64,000 nt of DNA from NCBI RefSeq assembly GCF_963921235.1, contig NC_086097.1, positions 48,052,001 through 48,116,000 on the forward strand, written 5' to 3'. Below the pieces are notes generated by a model, which worked only from the letters and a program-made list of their open reading frames with translations, ran no database searches and was not told where the DNA came from. Made by a program: the position numbers and the translations under genes. Positions 25,125 through 37,091 of this stretch are shown one piece after another. This stretch comes from Mobula hypostoma. Lineage: Eukaryota. Every line of letters begins with the position of its first letter. Within the stretch, counting starts at the first letter, position 1.

Positions 25125-26072
25125 TGTAACGAAGGTGGGTGCCCGGCTGGGCTGAAACTGGGTAGCGAAGGCACAGTTCCATATCGTTAACCTGTGGACT
25201 AGGACAGATGTAGACCTGGTAGATTCAACTGCAGAGGAGACCAGAGACAAGGATGGAGTTGAACAAAGAATCTTTACTTGAGGATTAGTTCATAGTGAAC
25301 ACAGGCTAGGCCTCAAGAACCACTACACACAGGGTAGGTAAACTCAAGGCTGAGCAAAGGCAAACAAAACAGAGGGATTTAAATAGAGAAACAAAATAAG
25401 GCATAGGTTCACTGATAACAAAAGCAAGGCACATGAAAATAATCAGCTGATAATAATCAGGGGAGGAGCACTGGAGACTGGATGTCTCTGGCACCTAGGG
25501 CTGCCAACTTCTCGCTCCCAAATAAGGGACAAAAGTAGCAGTCAAATATGGGACACTTGTGTTTACCCCGAGAAAGACCACCATGACCATGAAGCCTTGC
25601 GCGGGCACCTGTGTGCACATGCGTGACGTGCGCATGTGTGTACGTGCCGATTTTTTTTCTACAAATCGGTTTTGGCTTAATTTTCCCGATTCTGTTAAGT
25701 GAAACTACACTGTACATACATTGTTTCTACTTTATATAGGCAGTGTATTTATCATATCATTCCCGCTTTTACTATATGTTAGTGTATTTTAGGTTTTATG
25801 TGTTATTGGTATGATTTGGTAGGTTATTTTTTGGGTCTGGGAACACTCAAAAAATTTTCCCATGTAATTTAATGGTAATTGCTTCTGCGCTTTACGCCAT
25901 TTCGGCTTACGAACGGTTTCATAGGAACACTCTACCTTAGCGGGGGAAATACGGGACAAGGGTGGTCCGTATGGGACAAACCAATTTAGTCCAATATATG
26001 GGATGTCCCGGCCAATACAGGTCAGTTGGCAACCCTACCAGCGCCCCCTAATGATTAGACCAAAGGATGACT
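25125..26072 (-). repeat. 5' LTR of the Gypsy element, interrupted by a hAT MITE
   Basis: Starts TGTAAC on + and shares GGATGGAGTTGAACAAAGAATCTTTACTTGAGGATT with the 3' LTR. TATA-like TATTTAAA on - at 25378-25385. Confidence 0.88.
25496..26037. mobile_element. Non-autonomous hAT MITE (TAGGGTTGCCA-type TIR)
   Basis: TIRs TAGGGCTGCCAAC / GTTGGCAACCCTA. 8-bp TSD CTGGCACC (25488-25495) / CCAGCGCC (26038-26045). Confidence 0.9.
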
Positions 26073-26450
26073 GTCAACTTGTTGGGCTGGAGAGGTTTGT
26101 GAGTTTCTGGCATCCCGAGATTGTTGCCTTCTTGAATTTAGCCATTTGGTGCTTAGCTCTTGGTGGGGTCACTCAAGTGGGAGGTTCCAGGCAAAGGACA
26201 ATCCAACCAAGACCTCAGAAGTGGAGCTGGTGGAAGATCACAGCAGCAGTGAAGGTGGAGAAAGGCTGCAGCATTAAAAGGTCAACATTTGCATTGCATG
26301 CCATGCTATTGGACCCTGACCTTGACCTGTGAAGGACTGTGTGGTGGCTGCCTGAGTATCAGCATGCCTATGTGAAACAAAATCATGCACAGGTGTTCTC
26401 CATTAAGGGATTCCATGCTAACATTGTGGGAATCCCTTGGGGAACGTCAT
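26073..26450 (+). mobile_element. Non-autonomous RTE-type element whose 5' tip lies left of the Gypsy (~20696-20708)
   Basis: Colinear with 19460-19850. Confidence 0.65.
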
Positions 26451-26939
26451 ATGTGATTCGAGTGATCACACTACAACTATTACTGTTTCAGTCCACAACG
26501 GACAGGGAGGCTGTTGATATTCCTGTCTTAGTCAAAAAAATTAACATTTAAATTTTCAGTAGGTTTCAGAAAAGCATGAGTGATAAAGGGAAATCTGAAT
26601 GATGGTTTCACTCTGCAATACAAATCAGGATAAAGAAGTGGGAGATTTTGGTGTGAAAGCACTGTACCTAGCAAATGTGACATTGGAAAAACTGGCTGAA
26701 AGTCAGAGAGAGCGAGAGAGAGAGGCTTAGAGTTACAAATGAATTGTCAGCAGATGATTCAGGATAAATGGCTTGAAAGGATAAAACAAACATACAGAAA
26801 GAAGGTACCATCAGTCAAACAACAGTGCACTCATATGTTCTGCTGGCTGGATCCAGAATCATCATACTAAATATCAATCATTATTATCTTTAATAATGTC
26901 TTATAATCTTTTCTATGGCTCTTGATCAAAGGCCTTCTC

Positions 26940-27332
26940 TTTCTTTCTTTTTAAATCTTTTTATTGAGTAAGTATACAAAAAAGGTAAGCCATATAAACA
27001 TTAATACAATGTTAAAGTATAATAAAATTCCAAAAGATAACAATACCAAAAAGAAAATACTACAAACAATGTAATTTAAGCATAAGAAAGCAAGATAACA
27101 TAATAGTATACTAGATTTTATATATATCAATGGAAAAAAAAAGAAAAAAAAACCCCAAAAAAAAAACCCACCGTGCAACTAACTAAAAGCAAAGCAAAGC
27201 AATGGGCTAACTTGAAACCAAACAGAGTTAAACTTAAAATCACGTCCTCAATCCCGACCTCCATTAAAACAGTGAAAAAAAAACAAGAAGGGTAAATATT
27301 ACATTAAATGAAAATATCGAATAAAAGGTCCG
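26940..27332 (-). mobile_element. 5'-truncated L1/Tx1-type 3' UTR insertion
   Basis: T-rich tail on + with AATAAA on the - strand. Perfect 11-bp TSD AAGGCCTTCTC at 26929-26939 and 27333-27343. Confidence 0.75.
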
Positions 27333-27720
27333 AAGGCCTTCTCAAAGTCCAGACAAACCACAAAAGCTGCTGCACCCTGATCTATTTTCTAGTCACCACC
27401 ACAAAAATGTCTGACAGGTTGTTAAGCATTTCATTTATTCATGCTGCCCCCGCTCAATCCTAATATTATTTTCCAATTGCTCACCACTTAATAAAAGTTT
27501 CCAACATTTTCCTGATGGTTAGTGTTAGGTAAACTCATCTATAATACCCTTTTTTCCCCTTCCCACTTTCCAGCCAGTGGGAACTGATCTAGAATCTATG
27601 AAATTTTAGAAGATGGAAATCAGTGTATTCACTGTCTGGTGTCACATTCTTCAAAGTTCTGGGAGGCAGGTGATTAAACACTTGAACTTTATTGATCTAC
27701 ATTCCCATTAATTTCAGCAA
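27333..27720 (-). mobile_element. Old CR1 RT relic that hosts the L1-type insertion
   Basis: Minus strand reads VVCLDFEKAFD once the insertion is removed. Confidence 0.6.
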
Positions 27721-28039
27721 TTACTGCGTTATGGAGAGAACAAGGAGTAAATCTGTAAGACGGAACTAGGAAAACCTGGTAAAGCTATTGATAACCTAGT
27801 ACCCAAAGGTAGGTCAGGGTCATCATTGAGATCAAGGTATTTCAACAGGCGGGAGGAAACCAAATCCATTCCAGCCTCTGTGAGAACTAATGGAGCAGGA
27901 AGTATTAACAGCAATACCACCAGCAATAAACAACACCTCATTGAAGCAATGCCCCATTTCATTGCAGGAAGGAATGTCTGCAGCCAAGTCAACACAGCTG
28001 AGAGGTAATATTATCCCACCTAAGCAATATTAAAATAAA

Positions 28040-28260
28040 GGTAAAGATAAAGATGAGCCCTATTTGTCTCATGTATAGTGAGATACATCATTTACATCAT
28101 TAATGTCAACAACCAGCACAGTCGGAGGACGTGCTGGTGCTGGGCACAGTCCACAAATACCGCCTGTGCTTCCAGCACTAACATAGTATGCCCACAATTT
28201 ACTAACCATAATCCGTACATCTCTTTGGAATGTGGGATGAAACTGGAGCACCGGGAAGTG
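28040..28260 (-). mobile_element. Partial V-SINE
   Basis: CCCACATTCCAAAGA V-domain on the - strand. Same family as 4295-4605. Confidence 0.65.
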
Positions 28261-28501
28261 AGACAAGAAGAATATAACTTAAGATAACTTTAAGCTGATC
28301 ACCAAGCCAAGATATAAATACGTATCTTTATAAAAGAATCGATATTACATTTTTTATATGTAATATTATTGGAAGTTCATATGAAGGACTAAATTGTCAG
28401 GTGTAAATATACCATTTTACAAGCATCGCATCACATCAGTCACTGGTGCACCACATTCTGTGTACTGAACATGTATTTTATCACTCAGCAAATACATACT
28501 C

Positions 28502-28741
28502 TGTTTTGTATTTAATATTCCAATAATATTTGAGTAGTTTTGCAGATATTGTTTGATTAAGTATTCTTGTTTGTTTAAATAATTCATTATGGGTTATATG
28601 TAAAAATAAGTGAATTGCATACGTTATCACACTACCACGTGATATGTGGCACCTCACTTAAAGTAAAGACGAACTTACACCCACATTTTCAGACTCCTGT
28701 GTTTTCCTTGAATTAGTTTAATATTTTGAAGTTACAAAACG
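28502..28741. mobile_element. Probable solo LTR or short TIR element
   Basis: Termini TGTTTTGTA / TACAAAACG, about 240 bp. No clear TSD. Confidence 0.5.
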
Positions 28742-29619
28742 TAATATGCTCCAGATCAGGTTGGGTGAATAAACACATCATCAAGTCTGGAAAGCTAACT
28801 AACAAGCACTGGTCTGGAAGACAAGAAGGTGTAACTATCACTTTGAAATAGAACATAAACATGGGATTTAAGAATTCTCATGGCTACCTCTTTTCAGTTC
28901 ATCAACATTTCATTGGCCCTTTAGGGCCTATTTTCCTGGTCTTATTCGTAGTGGCATATTCATGGTTCAACATTGTGGCATCAACTTCAATACTTCATTG
29001 CATGCCAATGCCAATCCTACATGCCTTGTGTACCTTGTGTGGGCACAAGCACATCATTCAAATTCTCATTATACTCTATGTGCGCCACAGTGTTCAAACT
29101 ACGAGAAACAACCCAATTCAAAATGAATTTCAATCTCTCAGGACATTAAAGCCCTGTGCTATGTAAATGATCTTTTTGCCCAATAATTACTGCTAACTGA
29201 TTCATTCTCTTGCAGAACAAAAAACTCAATTATTTATTGGATTTAAGTCATTTATAAGACAGTAATTGTTGGCAGAGGTGTCAATTGTTAAGGTAACAAA
29301 GACCTTTTCATTTCTTATTCAATTTAATAATCTCAAAGTGAATGTCCAAATTTAATTAAAGAAATAGAAAGATATCTGTTGCAGAAACTGAAATTATTCA
29401 TTGTCCCTAATTTTTTGATAATTGTCAAATAGGCATATTCTGTACGTAAAGGAATGTTTTGCAGAAGGTATCATAAATGCTATCTTTTGAAAATTCATTT
29501 GTCAAGCTTTTGCAGTGTCTTCAGCCACCTGGGAACAAGCTCCAGAATTCTCTCACTAATCTGTGTCTGTTTCTTCCTTAAAGAAATTCCCCCAGACTTA
29601 CCTCATTGATTAAGCTATT

Positions 29620-30240
29620 GGTCATTTGTATTTAGGATACCGTGCACAATTCTGATTTGATGGAGACAGACGTGAGAGTACAGAGGAACATCTGGAGAAA
29701 CTTCTGAAATACCTGCTTCACTGCCGCTGCTACTGTGTGGTCCAGAATCTCCGAGGGGAAGGCCCTGAATCCTCGGCTTTGCTTGTTTCAGCAGCTGGGG
29801 CGAGCTCAAAGGTGCTCGGCAGAGGATGGCGCTTGGGAGGTTGTATCAGAGAGGCTGGTCGGAGGCTCGAAGTTTTCGGACAGACGGACTCAGTGTCGGC
29901 TGTTGTCGGGTGCTTCCAATGCATCGGCAGTTGTTGATGCCTGGGGTTTATAGCAGGAAGTTTCTCTCTTTTGCTGCCTGCTATCGGGGACTTGGGAGTC
30001 AATCAGGACTTTGAGACTTTTTTTTACCGTGCCCATGGTCTGCTTGTTCTTTATCAAATTATGGTATTGCTTTGCACTGCTGTAACTATATGTTATAATT
30101 ATGTGGTTCTGTCAGTGTTAGTCTTTGGTTTGTCCTGTTTTTCTGTTAGATCACTCTGGAGGAACATTGTATCATTTCTTAATACATGCATGCATTTCTA
30201 AATGACAATAAACGAGGACTGAGTGTTCTCATAATCTAAT
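29620..30240 (+). mobile_element. Non-autonomous retroposon with GC-rich body and T-rich 3' UTR
   Basis: GC/CpG-rich body with sharp compositional edges, ending AATAAA..ATAATCTAAT. No credible ORF. Confidence 0.5.
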
Positions 30241-33200
30241 TTATTGGAGCTGATCAGATTATCCCGGCCTGTGATTTGAGGCCTCTGCCTGGACTAGGCC
30301 TATGGCAGAATTATTTCTGTTTCTTTGAACACACGTCCCAATATACTGCGGGCATCACTGCTACAGTCTGACGCCCTTCTGTTAGTAATCTCAGAGAACC
30401 TCTCACCATTTCATTTTGAAACTGCTGGAAGCACTTAAAAAATTAAAATTATATATATTTATTTGAAAAAAGCATGAAATTGATGTTAATTAATCAAAAC
30501 ATAAATATACATTAAAAGAATGTAGTACTAAAAAATAGTTAATCGTCTTTTAAATTTAGATCCTTCAGCTCATGCAAATCAATGGAGCTTTTCCAGATGC
30601 ACCAGGCTTGGTGCTAAGGGACTAGACGTGAATTGTATCCAGTTCCTTGTCTAAGCAGCATACAGAATATTGCCACCTCAGTTGTGAGCATGAGGTCTGA
30701 TGTATCTGCATCTGACTTGCAGTGTGCTCCAGTCTCTGTACTCTTGTGCGCAGATGGGAAATCTTTCATAATGTCCCATCCAAATGCAGGTTGTTTGCCA
30801 ATGGGTCTGCTGGCAATGCAACTGTTTCATATTTTACATAGCTTGGTAAAAATGGTCATGTGATATCTTGGGCGACCTCACAGTTGTTATTTAATTGCAA
30901 GTTGCTTTTATAGCACCGGGTATGCTGAAAAAACATGAAGGTGAACTAACAGACAAATAGTCCCTATTGTTACTTCTATGCCTAATACATTAAATTTTGC
31001 CTCACAGCACTAAGACTCTATATGGAAGGAGAGACAATTCATCCACACCCCTATCCATTTTCAGCCTCAGTGATGTTACCAAACGTTCTGGACAAGTTCT
31101 TAGAAATGAACAAAGGTTGAACACTTACGAAAGTCTTGTTTTCGGAACCTGTGGAAACTAGCTCTGTGGGTTTTGTTTTAGATATGCCCACTGTCCTTTC
31201 ATGTAATTACTGGTGTAATTTCAGGACCATAAAACTATGAAGGAGAAAATCAAGATGACTTACCTCTACAGCAATCTAGAGCTTGTAAAGAGAGACAATT
31301 TTAAATTAGAATTGGTGCATATGATCCAATTTATAAAAGTCTTACTTCACATTTGGCATATTTTCAATTCACTAAATTAAAAGATAACAAGTAGATTTTC
31401 AACAGGCTAAATAATTTCACTCAAATGCTTGCAACACCTGTATTCAGTTTATGGATTCTATGCTCTATCCAATGCCCAATTTGTTCATAAGGTATTTTGC
31501 ACTTCCAATGCACACAGGGATACTTATTTCTCCAAAGTTCAACCTGACAACACTTTGCCTCCTCTAAGTCCTAAATTGTTAATGACTGGTGCTGACACTA
31601 TCTCTGCCCACTATTAATTCTGGCACCCTCTTCCTTTTCAAAAGCGTCTCTTCACCATTTCCTCTTTCCCACTGTTTCTTCTGTCCATCTCCTTCACCTT
31701 CCCATCCCACCTCACTGCCTTCTATTTTCTCCCTGAATTTTCACTGAGGGAGCTGAAACAATTTTCAAAAGTTGTAACATTCCTAAATTCTGTAGACCAG
31801 AAGTTGGAGTTAATGTCAGTATTATCAGCAGAAAGAATATTGGTTCATATGTGCAGAATAAATATGTTTTACTAACAAGTATATTGTGAGATGATCAGGT
31901 TTACTTTGGGGAACCACTGATTCAAACGTTGTCTTAATCCCCATGTAATGAAATGAGTCCTCGCTGTTGTTATGTCGCCATCTGGTGCCTAGATTGGTTT
32001 TTACAAATGGTTACACGGAAGTCCAGTAAACTGTATTCTAGTTTGAGAGTTTTAGATAATGCCATAAAGTTCAAAAACAAAGCTTGAAGCAAGCTCGTAA
32101 ATAATAACTGAAGTCTTAAGATTGTTTTATAATCATAAAGTCTCTGACTGGTATCGTCCATTTTGAGTCAGAAGCCTATTTACTTCTACTGCCTGGAAAA
32201 TGTCAGTGCCTCAGGGCCATTAAATCTGGGATGATTAGAAAAGGCACTCACTGTAGTCTCCCTCCTTTGCAATACTTCAATAACTTTATCATTTTAAAAT
32301 CACATTATGTCCATAAAATCTACTTTGAAATAATTGTTTCACTTTATAAACATTAATCTTACTGACTGCATAAACACATCACTCAATGTGAACTTTTCCA
32401 AAAGAAAAAAAATGCTTCTCATGGAGACAGTGTTCCATGAGAAGGCAAAAACAATGTACAGCATCTGTTTGGCGGATCGTATTCAATTGTTGTAAATTAA
32501 TTACATGCCCCTGATTCAACTCCTCAGTTGGTGCTCTCAATTCTGAATATAAAAATGTTTGTTTAAAAAATGTCTCTGATCCTTTAATTATAATTCTTCA
32601 ATGAATATTGAGAGAGGTATATTTTCATCAATTTTCCTTTCATGCCATCAAATTTCATTTTGTTCATTGTGTTACCATACTGATTGTTCCTGAGCAGCAA
32701 ATTGTAGATTTATATACAATAGTGTTTATCATCACTGAAGATATTTCCTAAAATTTTAAGAGGATTACATTTTTGCCTGTATATGAGATAAAGTAATATC
32801 AGAATAAATGCAGATTTCTAATACATTAGAAAAATCATTTTCTGTCTCCACCTGATATGCTATGTAGGCTAAACTGCATGTACTGGATGGCTTTTTTGCC
32901 TGAATGAGCAAATACTTTAAAAATGAAGTCACTTCTACATCTTTGAGACCTGTCCTGGAGCAACCGATCTGGTAAATTTGCTGACTAGGCAAGTGCACTT
33001 CCAGGACTTTGTGAGCCGAGAACCTGCCGGTGATATGACAGTAATAAAAGCAGAAGATGCAAAATAATGCTCGGCAGTCAGATGGCAAACACTGGGCGAT
33101 AAACAGAAGAGGTCAGTCAATGACCTCTCATTGGCAAGATGACAGTATAGCTAAACCTTCCTCAGAGAAAAGGCTGACTAAATTTCCTAAGCTATCAACG

Positions 33201-34869
33201 CTGCTGTTGGGCAACACAACCATTGCGCCACTGTCTGCCCTCAGGCCACGACTGAACGTCGTAAACTTCTACATAGAAATACAGAAGAGCGCAGCGCAGG
33301 AATAGTCTCTTCATCTCACCATGTCTGTGCTGATCATGTTACCAGATTAAACTAATTCCATCTGCCTGCACGTGGACTGAATCCCTCCATTCTCTGCCTC
33401 CTCATTGCCTCTCGAAATGTCTTTTCAATATTGCTACAGTATTTGTTTCTATCATCTCCGTCCAGACACCTTTTAGTTCCATGTAAAAAAATTCAGTTTG
33501 CAGAACTCTCACCTGAAGCCTGTGAAGGTGAAGGAGTATGATGGGAGAAGCAAGGGGAATTTCTCTGTTAGGGAGAAGTAATGAGGTGGCTAACATAAGA
33601 TGAAGCTACTTTGACTGAGAGGAACCACTAATATGAGAGACATATTGAGAAGTTTACCTTGATAGGCAAATATCTTGATTTTCTGTTTATGTATCATTTG
33701 ATTTTTCTTTATTACTCTCAAGAGACAACCAATGTTCATATGCATTCCCATTTAGCAGGCATAATATTCTTTAGCATACAGAAATAATTCATTCTGGTGT
33801 AGCAGCTGCTGCATTGTAGCACACTGTGAATCTTGTTAGGTTGTTAATGTCATCCATTTCATGTCATTGGGCTCACATAAAGCTATGATTGTTGCTGGAC
33901 AGTGAGGGATGACTTTCCATGAAGAATTATTGTCACTCTACAGTGGTGTACAGGATTGTGAAATGATTTGACTGACGCTGGTGTGACTGAGTATGACCGC
34001 CAACTTGAAGTTGGTTCCTAGCTTCTCCTCTATATGGTCTGCTCTGACAATACTTATAATGGCAATTTCAGAGGGAGCAGTTGCAATGAGGTGCTGAGGA
34101 TTATCAGGATGCTGAAATAAAACAAATGTTCAGTGTTTCTCATTCCCATGGAGTCACCTTAATGCCTGTGTGATCGAAAGAGACAGGAATAGGTGTGAGA
34201 TTGATAGTCAAAAGTTAGCAGCTGTACAGAAATGCATGACAGACACTACAGTCATCATATATAATTCTGAGCAGAGGGGAAATGTACTTCATCTACTGCT
34301 GAGACTTCATCGGTTCCTTCCTATTGTTTACCTTGAAGTGATCAATTGATGCAATGGCTCTAAATAAAGTTCATTTCAAGTTCCGTGAGGGATTTCTCAT
34401 CATTGAAAGACAGTGGGCCTCAGTGAATAGAAATGTTAGTCTCTTGATATTCCAGTTGCTGATCAGAGAATTGTGATGTGCATTACTCTCAGCAATGCTG
34501 GATGCAATTTTGAGTAGCCAGCTCAAATCATGCAACTTCTCAATCACTGTTTACATTTGCAAGGCGAAGAGGTTTGCATGAAATTATATTCTTAGTAGTG
34601 GTCAAATTTCTTTATGCAAGGTGCCATTTGGCAGGAAGTAAAGAGTGGCTGCAGCCAATTGTGCAGGTAACAAATCAGGGACATCCATTTATTTGTTGTT
34701 GTCAGGGTAGCTGTGTTGACAAAGCAGACGGAGAGTATTATGCTTCATCTGGACTTTGCCAGTTGGCACCTTGACTTCTGTAGGTTCCTTATGGGAGAAA
34801 TAATGAGGCAGTTAGGATAAGATGAAGTTCCTTCGACTGACAGGCACTACCAAAATGGGAGGTGTGAGT

Positions 34870-35090
34870 ATAGCACTGTTCCTGCTCCTGTTGCTGTTTA
34901 GGCTCTTTCCCATGGCTTTCAAGTTCCAATTTTCTTTCCCGTTCTTCCTTCAGCACTTGTGCAGCATGAACAAATCATGACTGAGTCTCTGCACTTCTAT
35001 GATATGTTCTGCTGCGGAATCCAGGCAAATGTCAACAATGCGAGTTCATCATAAATACAAACGTAGTTCTGTGGCATTTTCTTCTCCTTC
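34870..35090 (-). mobile_element. C-terminal part of an ancient PIF/Harbinger transposase relic
   Basis: CLD at 35027-35019 and MLH at 34967-34959, followed by an E/Q-rich tail (cf. RFRCLD...CCMLHN). Confidence 0.5.
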
Positions 35091-35137
35091 CTTGGTATTT
35101 TGTTCAGATTTCAAAGTAATTTAATATCAAAGTATGC

Positions 35138-35400
35138 TTACAATCAGTGGCCAGTTCATTAGGTACCTCCTGCACCTAATAGAGTGGCTACTGAGCATAT
35201 GATCATGGTCTCCTCCTGCTGTAGCTTGTCCATTTCAAGTTTCACCATGTTGTGCATTCAGTGATGTTCTTCTGCACATCACTATTATAACACCTGGTTA
35301 TTTGAGTTGCTGTCACCTTCCTGTTAGCCTAAGCCATACTGGCCATTCTATTCAGACTCTCCCACTAACACAAGGCGCTTCCCCCCCACAGAACTGCCAA
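35138..35400. mobile_element. Tc1/mariner relic
   Basis: TACAATCAGTGGCCAGTTCATTAGGTAC TIR-like head with an immediate inverted copy. Confidence 0.6.
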
Positions 35401-36156
35401 GAGCATGAGTTGTATAGCCTTTGAATGTGAGTCTATAGCTTGTGGAAGAACTTCAGAGTTGAGGAGAGTGAAGTTACTTACGCTAGTTCAGGAGCCTGAT
35501 GGCAATAACTCAAAGTTCAAAATAAATTTATTATCAAAGTACATACATGTCAGCATATGCATACCACTTTGAGATTCACTTTCTTGTGGGCATTCACAAT
35601 AAATACAAAGAAGCAGAATAGAATCAACGAAAAATCAACACATAACAAAGGCAGACAATGAAAAATCAACACACAACAAAGGCAGACAAGCAGCCAACGT
35701 GAAAAAGACAACAAACTGTGCAAATACAAAAAAATAAATTAATAATAATAATAAAATTTCTAAGAACATACTTACATCAATGAAAACATGATTCAGCACT
35801 CCATGCAAGCATATGCAATTCTGATAAGAAGCGTACGCCATTAAACATAAAAGAGAACTCAGAAAAATAAAGACATTGTCACTATTGAAGAAAACATTAA
35901 CCAATGGAAGAGTATGACCCTCCTTGGAAGACATCCCTACAATCTGAGCAGACTAGATGTCAACAAGGAAGCATTGAATGCCTGGCTCAGAGTTGGGGAT
36001 CTCTTCCCAGAAACAGAAGGTTTCTTGTAGCAATACAGGATCAGGTGGTTAATGCAAAAAATGACCAAAACTACATAACAAAAGGCCAGCAAATTCAAGA
36101 TGATAAATATAGAAAATGCCGAGAAAACCCAGAAACAATCTGACACATTACAGGTT

Positions 36157-36635
36157 TGAACACCTCCCCTCTCTTTCTCAATATCTGGAGACTTATATCT
36201 TTCACAAACCCACTGATCTCACAGCTACCTGGACAAACCTCTTCCCAACCTGTCACCTGTAAAAATGCCAACCCCTTTTCTCAGTTCCTCGGTCTTCGCC
36301 ACATCTGCTCTCAGGATGTGACTGTTCATCCTAGCACTAATGAGATGCACTCCTTCTCCAAAGAAAGGGACTTTCCTTCCTCCACCATCAACACTGCCCT
36401 CACCCACATCTCTTCCCTTTCACGCAAGTCTGCCCTCACCCCATCCCCTCGCCACCCCACTAACCTTCCGGTCCAGCACATAATTCTCCATAACTCCTGC
36501 CATCTCTAAGGGGATCCCACTACCAAACACATCTTTTCCTACCCCATTCCCCCATGCTCCATCCTCCAGAAAAAGTGGTATCTCCCGGTGGCCACACGCT
36601 TCAATTTCCAGCATATGCAGATTTTCTCTAGTTTG
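36157..36635 (+). mobile_element. Penelope-like fragment nested in Dong copy 1
   Basis: CKNANPFSQFLGLRHICSQD. 8-bp TSD TACAGGTT at 36149-36156 and 36636-36643. Confidence 0.85.
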
Positions 36636-37091
36636 TACAGGTTGCTGTAGCAGTTTAATGCAATCTGATTACTTACACACACACAATCAAGTGGCAAACA
36701 TCATTCAGCAAAGTCTTGCTTTAAGATACAAACTCATAAAAGAAATCATATGTTACTATAAATACAAGCCTGATGCAGTTTTGGAGTTAGAATACCACAA
36801 ATTATATTATGACCAATCAGTTACTACAGATAGGACAGTCCATCATAATCATATGGATATAATAATACAGGATAAACAAAGAAGAAGAACTTATTTAATA
36901 GATATAGCCATTCCAAACACACATAACCTACAGAAAAAGGCCAGAAATATGCTGAATTAAAAGAGGAATTTGAAAGCCTTTGGAATATGAACAGGGTATA
37001 CCTTGTCCTGACAGTAATATCTACAACTGATATCATTCTAAAGGCACTACACAATAGCATTAAACAATTACAGCTACACAGTAATACTTAT

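Larger units (their letters stand above)
20709..26072 (-). mobile_element. Full-length decayed Ty3/Gypsy chromovirus (sushi-like): gag-PR-RT-RH-IN-chromodomain
   Basis: Gag (VDPAE.., QFDGNQGTCREF, MFHCGLSGEIKDALA), PR (VDSGA), RT (FTKLDLRNTY, YLVMPFGL), IN (VVSDRGPQFT, GFHPQSSG) and chromodomain (EGYGPEKRLWVP). PPT-like GGTGGGGTCC at ~21110-21120. 5-bp TSD GTCAC (20704-20708) / GTCAA (26073-26077). Confidence 0.95.

Noticed and set aside
20709..26072. Domesticated sushi-derived gene (RTL1/PEG10-like)
   Set aside because: Many stops and frameshifts with both LTRs retained indicate an ordinary decayed element.
26951..27178. Hydrophobic membrane-protein ORF
   Set aside because: It is the translation of a T-rich LINE 3' UTR.
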